Assembly: GCA_951406725.2 (NCBI GenBank)
Contig: OX597823.1
Span: 94,984,001 to 95,048,000, forward strand
Reading direction: 5' to 3'
Length of the DNA: 64,000 nt
DNA from: Octopus vulgaris
Lineage: Eukaryota
Shown here: piece after piece, positions 51,803-64,000 of the stretch
How the letters are laid out: each line of letters begins with the position of its first letter
How positions within the stretch are numbered: the stretch's first letter is position 1
Position numbers and translations under genes: made by a program
Notes under the pieces: generated by a model
What the model was told of the DNA's origin: nothing
Databases searched by the model: none
What the model saw: the letters and a program-made list of their open reading frames with translations, nothing else

Positions 51803-54800
51803 CTCGACTAACGTGATGTCGCATCGGCTCCGCAGGTAACACCTTTTTTCGACCTTCTACTGCACACATTTTGTTCCAATTTTTGCACACAAGGTGTGTA
51901 AAGCACCCAGCTTTCATTTGAGTGTATTTTCAAGGGAGGGACTGACCCTTGAGGTCAGTTTCAAACTTGTTTTACATTTCCATTTTCTTTGATTTCCTAG
52001 CCATATTTCTAAACGAATATGGCTAAGCGAAACCACAAGGCCTACTTCCCGCCTCTACCAATGCTAGAGGCGAAGGAAGCTGAAAACAAAGCCGTTCCGT
52101 GTGAACGCACACGGCCCTTAGAATGCGCTTCTGCTACTACTGCTTCAGCTACTGATAGAACCACTACCGCCATCACTACCACAACCAACACGAATACCGA
52201 AAACAATTTTGCCGCAGCTTTAAAGCTAAAGAAATCACTCGTATTTTTTTCGAACGATGAACTACTTACCTGTAAAGCAATGTTAAAAAGAGACGACCTC
52301 AGCATACAACTACGGACGCCACAAGAAATCACAGATAAAATCGGAAAAAAACCCCAATTATTTACAAGACACTCAACCTAAAAACAAGGCTATATGAAAA
52401 GGCCACACAAGAAAATGTTGAAAAATGTTTAAAGCCTATATGGACCATTAAAGACTACATCACGAAGGAAAACAAATTTGCCACGATCGAAGTTCGATTC
52501 GATAGTGAAGAAAGAGCCAAGGACCTCTCCACAAAGTCCTTCCAATTTGAAAATTTATTGATGATCCCTACATAACTTGGCCGTAGGGTCACAAAAAATA
52601 AAATGAAGAATGTGCAATTAGAAGCGTAATCGCATCCGACGTTTTGGCCCTCGACCAACACTTCAACACCAAACACGAAAGGTGTGTTGTCAGAGCTAGG
52701 ATGCGTGCTCTATGGAACGAAGGTGTTGGAGCCGCGCGAGAGGCCCGGGTGGCAGAGGCGCAACAGGGCAACAAAGCCACCATTCGGTCTCTGGTAGATG
52801 AACAGGGGTGCGAATTACTCAAGCCAAGTAAAATGTGTGAGGCCATTTAACAGCATTTTGCCCGACTGTTCGGGACGAGTGGCAGGCAAGAACGTAGGGT
52901 GGACTTCAGTGCCTACCTACACAGCCTACCATGACTCTCGACAAGAGAGACAGAGCGCTGCAAAGGTGCCATCACGGCGGCGGAAGTGCGGAACGCGATG
53001 ACAGAATGCTCGAGGGACAAATCGCCGGGTTTGGATGGTCTTCCCTACGAGCTTTACAGTTGTATGCCAGACTTGTTTGGAAACGTCTTGGCAGCGGTGT
53101 ACTGCAACTGGCAGCAAAACGGGAGCATTCCTGGTTTTGTGAGCCGAGGAGCCGTAACACTGCTGAGGAAAGATCTAAACAAGGGGGATGTAATAGAAAA
53201 CTTTAGGCCTATCACTCTGCTTAATGCAGACTCGAAAATTTTGGCCAAGGTGTTAGCCAAGAGGTTGGTACTTGTCATCGAGAAACTGGTTGACAAGGCG
53301 CAAACGTGCGCCGTGCCGGGCCGGAGTATCCATGACAACCTCCTTCTGATGCGCTACATCATAGACAGGGTAGTTAAGGAACCTGGCATGGGTGGGGCGC
53401 TGATCAATTTGATTCAATCGAAAGCTTTCGATAGGGTAGACCATCGATACCCGGAGGCTGTCCTCAGAGCGGCTGGTTTTGGTCCCGTCTTTCGCGGCTA
53501 TATAACCACTTTGTACAGAGGTATTCGTTAGGTAAATGGACATCTATCGAGACCTTTCGACATTGCACGTTCGGTCCGTCAGGGATGCCCCCTCTCATCG
53601 CTTCTCTACGTATTGATTCTCGAGCCATTATTGCGGAAGCTGGCAACTCTGAGGGGCATCCCGCGAGAGCTGGGATGCGGGACGAGCGTGTCTGCATACG
53701 CCGACGACGTCACCGTCATAGTGTCTAGCCACGAGCACATCGAGCTGGTCGGCGAGACACTGAAAGACTACGAAGCGGTGACAGGAGCGAAAATCAACCG
53801 GGAAAAATCAGTGGGCTTGCGACTCGGCACCTGGAGAAGCAAGCCCATGCCGTCCACCAGCGCCTCCGTCGTGGGACGCTGGACCGACGGTCCGGTCGAG
53901 TTGCTCGGGGTCTGGTTTGGTCCGGACCTCCAAATGGAGAAGAACTGGCACGAGATAACGAGTAGGGTAGTCACTCTCAGCCAAACATGGGCCAAGAGGA
54001 AACTGCCCCTAAAAGGTCGGGCGGAGGTGGCGAACTCGTACATCGCGTCCGTCATCTACTACTGCCTGACCGTCGTGCCTTGTTCTGATCCTACCATCAC
54101 CAAACTAAGACGCATTCTCTTTCGCTTCTTGTGGAAAGGATGCGTCCCGATGGTCAGACGATCCATTTGCTGTCAACACCCGTTAAAAGGAGGACTGGGC
54201 ATGCTGTGGTTGATGATGTGCAGACACGCGCTGAGACTGCGACATCGCAGGCTCTACGTAGACGACGGTGAACAGATGTGGTCGCCGTTTGTGAGGCACG
54301 CTTTCCCGCAACTCGTCTCCATGACTGAACTGCAGTCCTGGATCAAAAAGAGGCCGAGGAAGAGCGAATGACACCGCGAGTGCCGCGTTGCTCTCAAGCA
54401 ACTATGCCGTCCCGGTTTGATCTTGAGTGACTTCAACACAACCAAAGCATTCTATAGGGGATTAGTGGAGGGGAGGTACGACGACGAGCTCGGGGCGAAC
54501 CTGGGCGTCGACGAGGAATACCTGACCCGCCTATTCAGGACGACTTTCGGGCCAGGGCCCATGGACAACTTCCGGAGATCCCTGACCTGGCAGTGCTACC
54601 GAGAAGCGCTACCCGTTCGGGATAAGCTCTACAGACACGGCTCGAGAAACACGGGGCCGACCTGCCCGAGATGCGGTTAGAGCGACGAAACCATTCTGCA
54701 CGCACTCGTGCTGTGTCCAACAATTTCCGACCTGTGGGCTTATGTCGAACGACTGCTGTCCTGTGTGGGACGAGTCGGTTTATCAGCCGAGTCTATCGTC

Positions 54801-55415
54801 AATATTGTCATGCCTCCTTCCTTCAAACGGGAAGGAAGAGCTATTTTCATCATCCTTGTGGCTGTGGTGAAAGAATGTATCTGGTGAACGCGTCTGAAAG
54901 GAATGGAGACAAACAATTTCCTCTCTGGTCAATCTCTCATCAAATTCTTCAAGTATCATTTGAAAAGGAAAGTGAGAGTAGAGAGGCAAGTTTTGTCTAG
55001 CGAATGTTTCAAAAAAAGATGGGTGAATGTAGCAAGGATGGCACGTTTGAATGATGAAGCCACCTTCAGCATAATCCTATGAATCCGGAAAATTTAAAAC
55101 AGAGGGTTACCTACTTGCAAACAAATGTGGTAACATTAATGGCCGAGGTTACCGTGGTCTTTTCCGTAGGCCTTTCTTTCCACGGGTAAACCTTATCTGC
55201 TTCCCCCTTTACACTTTACATCATAACACTGTGATACACGATCCCTATTGATCGTTTTTTTTTCGTTTTCTTTTCCCTTTTTTTCTTCTTTCCCTTTTAC
55301 GATCCCTTTTGATCGAAAACCTATCCCACTTTTTTTTCTCTCCCCAAAAAAAGAAAAGCTCTACTTTGTAATCTGTCCCGTCTGTGTGCAGCCTTCTGTG
55401 GCTAATAAAGAAACA
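51803..55415 (+). mobile_element. L1/Tx1-clade LINE, internally deleted (ORF1 start fused to ORF2 RT)
   Basis: ORF1 fragment from 52019. KSPGLDGLPYELY, NFRPITLLNADSKILAK, KAFDRVDH, VRQGCPLS, AYADDVT and C-terminal CPRCG..ET..H...C motifs; AATAAA then (ACCT)n(ATCT)n. Confidence 0.9.
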
Positions 55416-55496
55416 TACCTACCTACCTACTTACCTACCTACTTACCTACCTACCTACCTACCTACCTACCTACCTACCTACCTACCAATCAATCA

Positions 55497-55586
<90 letters not shown>

Positions 55587-55626
55587 TTGTCTGTCTGCCT
55601 GTCTGTCTGCCTGTCTGTCTGTCTGC

Positions 55627-55691
<65 letters not shown>

Positions 55692-55694
<3 letters not shown>

Positions 55695-55890
55695 TCCGTA
55701 GGCTTTTCTTTCCTCGGATAAACCTAATCTGTTTTCCCCTTTTACATTGACATTTCTGTGATACACGATCCCTATTGATCGGATCGAAATTCGACCCACT
55801 TTTTTCTCTTCTTCTTCCCAAAAAGAAAAGCTCTACTTTGTATTTTGTCCCCACTGTGTTCAGCCCTGTGTGACCAATAAAGAAACATAC
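55692..55890 (+). mobile_element. Second, 5'-truncated 3'UTR copy of the Tx1-like LINE
   Basis: Similar to 55159-55420; also ends AATAAAGAAACATACCTA followed by (ATCT)n. Confidence 0.85.
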
Positions 55891-58208
55891 CTATCTATCT
55901 ATCTGTCTGTCTGTCTGTCTGTCGATCTATCTATCTATATATCTATCGGTCTATCTATCTCTCTATTTGTCTGTTCATCTGTGTGTGTCCTCACATACAT
56001 ACATACATACATACATACATACATACATACATACATACATACATACATACATACATACATACATACATACACACATACACACACGTACTCACGTGTACGT
56101 ACGTATATGCATACATACGTAAATTAAGACTTTATATCTTCCGCAGGTTGTCTCGGTTTCATTGGGTGAGTTTCTTCTTTTAGAATTGCATCCTTTTTAG
56201 TACTGGAAGGGAAGAAAGAAAGAAAAAGAGGAAAGAGCCAATCAGACATTTAGTAAAATAATGTTTAATATTTGAAATATGATGATAATAGTGATGATGA
56301 TGATGATGAGGAGGAGGAGGAGGAAGACGATATTGCTGTGGCTGATGATGCAGATGATGATTAAGGTTCTTATTAAATCAATGATGTTATTGTTGCTCAA
56401 ACTTTCCCTTCCACTGCTGTTGCTTCTGGGAGTTAGCTAGTCTCAGCTCATATCCATCCAGGTATCACTGACTCACTCGTTTTCCCCTCCTCTTTTCACT
56501 CCTACAGTGTCCACTCTTCATTGCCCTGCATTAAACTCTAGTGGCATTGCAAGGGCAGCCAACAAAAGGGGTCAAAGCAATCACATTGTGAGTAAGTGGC
56601 GAAAATGTGCTACTTTTATTTTTTATATTTGTTATTTCTTAATTATTTCAAACATGAGACTGTGGCCATGCTGGGGCAATGCTTCGAAGAATGTTAGTTG
56701 AATTAATCGACCCCAAGTATTTTTTTCTTTTCTACAGTCTGGAACATATTCTCTTGGTGTCCTTTTGTTGAACCACTAAGCTATGGAATGGTAAACACAC
56801 CAATGCTGGTTGTCAAAGAGTGGTAGAGGCGGGGGCACAAACGCAGACACAAACGCACACACACATATACACACATACACAAATATACATATATAATACA
56901 TGCACACACACACACACACACATATATATACACACACGTGAGTGTGTGTGTGTATATATATATATTCGATTAAAGGTTGTGTTAATCTCATGTGGGGATG
57001 GTTTCATCCAGGGAAGTACTGATTCAATACGTAATATTTCCTTAAAATATAAATAAAAGATTAATTTCCTTAAAATAATAGGTATATACAAAAACATAGC
57101 TTATATTCATATAAAAGTCTGCTATAGTGATTCCATAAACACATATAAGACAGCCATTGGTATATATTTTTATTCTGAAGTTATGCTCAGGTCATATGAA
57201 TTTAATATTTAATTGATATTCCCAGAGTAATAATTGAAACAGCTGTAAGGGATGATAATTGATTAGTTGTTAATGATAAACAATTCTTAACTTCCCAATC
57301 TCCATTTCCTTTTTCTTCTTCTATACACACACACATACATATATGTTATTTGTAGATCCAATAGGGGTAAAATCATCAAAAACTTACTATATCTATCTAT
57401 ACATACAGCAGGCTTCATACAGTTTCTGTCCACCAAATCAATTCATAAGGCTTTGGTTGGCACGAGGCTATAACAAAGTGTGTGTGTACAAACTACCACA
57501 CAGCCACTTTAATTTTTCTTTTGGGATTTTGTACCTCTAAGAATTTTGAGTCCATAGTAACTGTCCTTTGGTCTTGCCCATGCTACAGCACTGCTAACAA
57601 CAACAGTTAATCTTTCCTCTCCAGGACATTGTTCTTCTGGCACTTTCTCCCAGTGGCCATTCACTTACAACACAACAAGAGAAATGCTAACGGCATCAGA
57701 GTTACCAAAGTTGAAGAGTTCCACAATGGCTATGGGCTCAGACCCTTAACAAACAAAAAACTGCCACCAAGTAACCCAGATTATTTCTGACTGAAGAAAC
57801 CTAGGGTCAAAAGCATTCCACCCTTAAACAATCTGCTTTGTTTTCTGACCATTGTGCCTCAATATTCAACGCGTCCTTCTTTTTCTTTAAGGTGACAGGG
57901 TGTAATTTCTAGCAAGTCGAATGATCGATTAAAGGCTGGCTTCTTGGTTCATAATGATGATGATGATAATAATTACTAAGTTGCTGATGGTGATGGTTAT
58001 GATGATGATAATGATGACAACGATGATGATGATGATAGCAATGATGTTGATAATGGAGATGATAATTACATTGGCGATGGTGATGGTTATGTTGATGAAA
58101 ACGGTAATGATGATGATGATGATGATGATGACAATCATGATGCTACTACTGAGTGTTATGATGATGATGGTGTTGACAAGGATGATGTTTAAATCACATG
58201 AGAGACAC

Positions 58209-58376
58209 CTACGCGAACTCCAGTTGTCCAGATTTGGTCAAATCATTGAAGTTGTCCATCATTTTCCGGTTGTTTGTTTCGGGTAACAACAATGACAATA
58301 GCCCCGCGATTACAGAAAGTGCTCCCATAAGAACCATCGGCAGTATTCGACCAACCTTGCCAGGAACCAAATCTGA
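58209..58376 (-). CDS. SLC22-like gene B, TM12/LPET exon, probably the last coding exon
   Basis: ttttttcag| acceptor, phase 0. Translates SDLVPGKVGRILPMVLMGALSVIAGLLSLLLPETNNRKMMDNFNDLTKSGQLEFA*. The TAG overlaps a possible GTAGGT donor, so the 3' end is uncertain. Confidence 0.85.
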   Translation of the reverse strand, partial: SDLVPGKVGRILPMVLMGALSVIAGLLSLLLPETNNRKMMDNFNDLTKSGQLEFA

Positions 58377-59271
58377 CTGAAAAAAAAAATACAGAAAAAG
58401 GGACAGCAATTTAAAAGCATGTTTTGTTTATTTTGTTGTTTGGCCCCAGATCATTACTGAACAAGCACACTTATCATCTCTCAACACCATCTCTCTACGT
58501 ACACAGCAATAAGCAACATTCGCACAGATTCCAACACAACACTGTTCGTGAATCACTTCACAATGGTCAACAGCAAATACAACCTGTGAGAAATCCTTGT
58601 ACCAAGTGACCGGCAGCAGCATCGTAGCCACAACTTCTTGTACGACACGTACCGCACAGGCTCTGCTTCTTCGCCTCAACTTCTTGTTACAGCATTTCAA
58701 CTATCATGTACCTTGACTACGCACTGGTATTTATCATCCTTGTGTCTGAACATTCTTCTAACGTCATGTTATAGACTCTTTCAACGCTTTGTACTTATCG
58801 CACACGCATACATCCATGTTTGTACACACACACTTTGTTCTCATGATGGCCTGTATATTATGTATATGTGACGCACACACAGACACACATGTTAACCTAT
58901 CAATAAAATCTTCTCTTAAACATTCTACCCGGTTGTGTCTGTCTTTTCCTTCTAGCTCATATACGCATTTATCTTTTTCTTGTATCGACCGTGTCATGTA
59001 CAAAGGAGCCATTCTCGTCAATTCACTTCCCACGGTCATTTACACAACAAATACAGAGTATTTCATCCCAAATACGGTAACAAAAAGTTTATAGCCATTG
59101 TGCCTGGTCTAATGGATAATATTTCTTTATTCGTATGTTGTTATGTAAATCCATAGAAAGATAAGCCTAGCTCCGTCTCTTTACTAGTTGTGCTGGTTTC
59201 ACGATGGGTGGACTAACAAAAGGGGCGAACAACAAAACAAATAGCAAGTCTGAAAGAATCTAAATACTTAC

Positions 59272-59453
59272 TAGATTGAAAGTGTAAGGTGCCAAAACCC
59301 CACCAACACGGGCAAAGGTGGACAAAGCCCCCAATGCAGCGTTTCTTATACAAGTTGGATATAATTCCAAAGTGTATAAATATACGATTCCAAAAGCTGC
59401 AGCGATAAACAAACGGCCTAATATCGAACTGGCAGTTACCATCCATCGATGGG
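59272..59453 (-). CDS. SLC22-like gene B, exon with ELYPT motif (TM10-TM11)
   Basis: ttttcag| acceptor and CTA|GTAAGT donor; 182 nt, phase 1->0. Translates HRWMVTASSILGRLFIAAAFGIVYLYTLELYPTCIRNAALGALSTFARVGGVLAPYTFNL. Confidence 0.93.
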
Positions 59454-60289
59454 CTGAAAAAGAAAAAGATAAAAGTCAGAATTCTTAAGTAAAAACAACA
59501 AAAAAATCCTTTTCGGTATTTCACAGACATGTGGACCCTTAATATAATTTTCAGGTAAAATCAAAAAAACACAATGGCTGATTCAGCTGTACATAACTTC
59601 TATAAGTGGGCTTCACTACAGTTTTCATCTACCCAGTCACATTCACAAAGCTCAGGCCCTCACAAATTGTGGGTTGCTACCCAGCATGCTGGAAGCCCAC
59701 AAGGAGTGAGTGACCCCTTAGCTTTTTTTGAAGCATGTCTCTAGAAACTCCCTTGGAACCCAGGCTATGTCTCCTTCAATAATTGGCAGAGACTTGGTCA
59801 GTGGATCCTCTGCGATGGTCAACAATCAACAGCAAGATGAGCTGTTATGGATCCCACAATCCCAAAGTGTGTGTATGCATGTGACTGGAAACCACATGGG
59901 AACTTGTGACCCCACTGAAACTCGGAGCAAGGAACCATTTGACCATATGGAACATTACATCGAATCCAGTGCTTGACTGGTTCTTTAGCTTTTTGATCGT
60001 AAAAGAATGAAAGGCAAGAACGACCATGTCAGGATTTGAACCCAGAACACAAACCATAAGAAATGCCACTAAGCATTTTGTCTGGTGCAGCAATGATTCT
60101 GACATACTAAAAGAGTTTGGATAAAATAATGGAAAGACCGGATTAAATGGAAGTTTTATTATTCAATATTGTGGTAGAATGGCTGATTTCGATATGCGGG
60201 CTTCTCTACAGTTTTCATCTCTCTAGTCTCATTCACAATACCACTTGGTGGTTAATCTTAAAACACAAACATCAATGTTGAGAGATAAT

Positions 60290-62300
60290 GTTTACTAAAA
60301 GATTGGAAACAAAAGTGAAAGCCTTTCGCCCGGAAGGTGGCCTGTGATTGAGCAGCGCAGGGCCGGTCGTCATCCAGGGACTGCTTATACACAAAGCCAG
60401 AGGCAGAGAAGAAGGTGGGATAAGGAGACAAACTGAACGGTAATCGAATGCTGGATGAAGAGTGAACCCAGAGAAGGGGATTTCGACAACACATGAAAGC
60501 AAAATGGAATGAAATAGGACTCTTCGAAATAAGTGAGCAACGGCTAGCCGGCCAGGCAAGAACAATAAGAGCAAAAGGGTGGTTGACAGATATGGAAATT
60601 GAAGAGATAGAAAGGAAGGTAGAAAATAGAAATAATACTTCTCGAACGGATAACGTTCCCAGCGAGAACAGAGAAATAAATAACGGCAGCGAAGACATAG
60701 AACAAAGTGTAAATGTAAATGCATTCTCAAGAAATGAAGCAGAAGTAATAGGAAGAGCTATAGCACAAGGATACGATGATGACTGACAAGATATAGTGAG
60801 GATGCTGTGCTGATGTATTAGAGAAGACCAGGATGAAGGATCCCCAATCTGAGGTGCATTAATCGACGTAAGCTCAAAGTTGAAACTGAAAAGACAGATT
60901 CGGTCCTTGGGCTGTTCTAGACGAAAAATATAATTGAAACTATCAAGATTACTCGGGCTGTTGTTGTTGCAGCATATAGATTGCTGATGAAGGTAATTCA
61001 ACCTCAATCCAGCTATAAATACCTGGGAATATCTGAGGCAGATGGAATCAAACACAACGGCTTGAAGAGAAAGACAAAAAGAGAGTACCTGTGGCGAGTG
61101 AGAAAAATATTGGCTTCAAAGCTGAATGTCAGAAACCTAAATCCGGCAGTAAACTCATGCGCAGTCGCAGTAGTTCGATATGGCACTGGAATCCTGAAGT
61201 GAACAGAGGAGAAGCTAAAGGAGAGGGACAGGAAGTCAAGAAAGCTCCTAATGATGCATGGAGCCCATCATCCACGTGCAGACACTTATTGCCATTACAT
61301 GAAGAGAGCAAATGGAGGAAGGGGACTGATAAGTGTGGAAGATCTGCGTGCGTATCGAACTCGAGAGTTTAATGAGATTACCTAGTCGAAAGTAAGGAAA
61401 CCTTGCTGGTGACATTTAGGAAGCGGGAAATATTGAGAGCAGAGAAGAAAGGAGAAACAAAGTAAGAAGTAAAAAACGGACATGAAGAAGCATTACGAAA
61501 GAATGGACTACACAGTGAGTTCCATGGAACCACAACAGAAGTTGCTGGAAAATAGGTGGGATTGGCTGATGAAATGAACCCTAAAAAAAGAGACCGGAGC
61601 ACTATACTGGCAGTGCAAGACCAAGCTTTGGCCATGAATTGGAGGATCAACCTTATGAGCAAGAGTCTCTGCTGTGCCGCATCTGTAATAGAGTGGATGA
61701 AACAATTGTCCATATGAGGAACGAATGTCCTAGACTTGCCCCAAACTACTGCAAGTTGTGGCGACACGACCAGGTACGAAAGTGCTACACTGGACACTGC
61801 GCGAAAAGTGGGGGCTAGAGAGAGGCAAGACGTGGTATGAGCACAAACCGAAGAGAGTGGCGGAGTTGGAGACTTGCAAAACTCTCTGGGATTTTCCAAC
61901 CCAAACAGATCAGGTGCTAGGGCATAACAGACCGAACCTAGTGGTGGTCAACAAGATGCACCATATGTGCTATATAGTTGATGTAGCATGCCTTTTTTAC
62001 CCACGAATAGTCAAGAAGGAAGGCGAAAACATAAATACAACCCTTTTAAGTACGAAATCGTCCGACTATGGAAAATGAAGACGTTGAAGATAATGCCAAT
62101 TATTGTTGGGTTTGGGGAACAAAATCCGATAGCATGAAGGGGCATATAAAGGAAATTGTAATAGAGTGCCCCGTAGAACTGTTACAAAATGTTTGCCTCC
62201 TTAGCCCGGCCAGAATAATCAGGAAAGTACTAGATAGCTGTAAAGACCGGATAGCATTGTACCGTAGGTTGTAGTTAGAAAGCCCGCTACGCATGCAAAG
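60290..62300 (+). mobile_element. R4/Dong-like LINE, internally deleted
   Basis: SEQRLAGQARTIR..WLT..EIEEI, YKYLGI, GGRGLISVED, AVQDQAL, WRHDQV, WYEHKP, LWDFPTQTD...NRPNLVV and ARIIRKVLD motifs. Confidence 0.85.
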
Positions 62301-62364
62301 TACCAGTTCTAACAAAACCTGTGATAAAAAGAAAAAACAACAACAATAATATTGATTTGTTTAC

Positions 62365-62591
62365 CTTTTGTGCCATAGAGGACGGGAAATATCGCAGCAA
62401 TACAAGTGACTCCAGCCAAAACCATCTGGCTACTATGCAATTTTTTTCTTCCGATACGATTTAACAGAAGGAGGCACAGAATGTAGGCCGGAAACTCGAC
62501 AACCGAATTAAAAAAAAAATTCATATAGAAATTGCCATACAATTTGCCGACATTAAGAGTAAGGCCGAAATATACCATGCTCACAACCACC
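62365..62591 (-). CDS. SLC22-like transporter gene B, internal exon (TM7-TM9); gene begins beyond right edge
   Basis: tttctatag| acceptor and G|GTAAAC donor; 227 nt, phase 2->1. VVVSMVYFGLTLNVGKLYGNFYMNFFFNSVVEFPAY...NRIGRKK is typical of the SLC22 C-terminal half. Confidence 0.93.
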
Positions 62592-62953
62592 CTATAGAAA
62601 AGAAATGAAAGATTTTATACAATGTACAAAAATGCACAAAAATTGCAGATCAAACCCTGGTTAGATGGCTACGTAATTTCTTAGAGAGAATTATGATAAT
62701 TTGAACATTGAAACCAACAGCAAGTAAAGTTATACAACTAATTGTCTAATATAGACAACAAGACAACTACTGTAACAGTTTGTCAGTTCGCCTCATGGTC
62801 CCCCGCAGACAAAATAGAAAAGGTGTTGCCCCAGATGCACTGGAACAGCCACTCTGACCTCACACTTGCGGATAGCTGTATCCACCCTGATAGCGGTGAG
62901 CAGGGATGTGGTTGAGGGCCTGTGAAGTCTTCAGAGAGCTTGTTCAGATTTAA

Positions 62954-63163
62954 CCCTTTCGTTACCATGGTTTTGTTTTAAAATGTTAGTTTTGTTTCAA
63001 TTAATTTTGAAAATAAAGAAGAATTTAATAAAATGAGTTGCCCGTAATTAAGACTGGAACACAAATAAACATGAACTTTTAATGGAAAATTTCAAATGAG
63101 ATCAAACAGGAAGTCTGTATGATACAACAAGGGACATTCTCATGTGGGTTGATATCAAAAGGG
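62954..63163. mobile_element. piggyBac-like MITE
   Basis: TTAA|CCCTTTCGTTACCA ... TGATATCAAAAGGG|TCAA: imperfect TIRs with a TTAA-type target site. Confidence 0.65.
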
Positions 63164-63910
63164 TCAACTAAGTTTTTACTTCTCATTTTATCCTTCTTTG
63201 CTTTGCTCTAAAAAGAATTCCTTTATTTCATCTTCATGTAAGCATCCTCGCACACTTAGTATCTTTGATATTCTTTCAAGTTTAACTCCACATGAATTTC
63301 TTGCAAGAAAGCTTCCACAAATATCTGCATCATTCTGATCAATATAGGTGCGTGCATGGCTACGTGGTAAGAAGCTTGCTCCCCAACCACATGGCTCCAA
63401 GTTCAGTCCTAGTGCGCGGTACCTTGGTCAAGTGTCTTCTACCCTAATCATGGACTGACCAAAGTCATGTGAGTGGCCTTGATAGACGGAAACTGAAAGA
63501 AGCCCATCATATATGTATATACTTTTTTGCTATATTGTGTATTTGTTTCTTTTCGTATTTGATATTTGTTATGGATCTTCTATAAGAATGAAGGTGTATA
63601 ACTTAATTTGGCATTTCTATACACGAAGGCCGAGAAGGGATCTTGTGAAACAGAGTTTATTTTAGCGAGATACCTATTGAAATCACCCGAAAAGACACAT
63701 CTACATGATAGATACATCTAAATCAGATGTTCAGAATTCCAGCCATGAGGGACCGATGCTAGATGGGTAGAAAGAACTGTAGTGATTAATAAACATTTTC
63801 GTACCTTCCATATTCCGTTAATCAAATATTAATATATATATATGTATACAGATCATACATGCATATATATACACACATACATACATATATATATACATAC
63901 ACACAGATAT

Positions 63911-63961
<51 letters not shown>

Positions 63962-64000
63962 CTATATGTGTGTGTCTTTGTGTATGTATTTATATCCACC

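Overview
Repeat-rich, AT-rich eukaryotic genomic DNA. The tRNA-derived SINE families, R4/Dong, RTE and Penelope-like elements and very dense (TA)/(CA)/(TAA) microsatellites suggest an octopus or other cephalopod; this is inferred, not confirmed. Host genes are two tandem minus-strand SLC22-family (organic cation/anion/zwitterion) transporters, both cut by the window edges. Gene A has four 5' coding exons (20141-19999, 11588-11366, 2092-1989, 891-737). Gene B has three 3' exons (62591-62365, 59453-59272, 58376-58209). Most of the rest is transposon-derived: three mariner families, DD37D remnants, a piggyBac-like MITE, a composite Helitron, RTE, CR1-like, L1/Tx1 and R4/Dong LINEs, two SINE families and several Penelope-like elements (PLEs). 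The most striking hidden layer is at least 12 hammerhead-ribozyme (HHR) motifs from about 7 sequence families. One is a 100%-identical 535-nt non-coding HHR repeat with a perfect 380-bp inverted arm (candidate active retrozyme/circRNA source). Another is a tRNA-promoter plus HHR chimeric element. All coordinates were read by eye and may be off by a few bases. No database search was possible.
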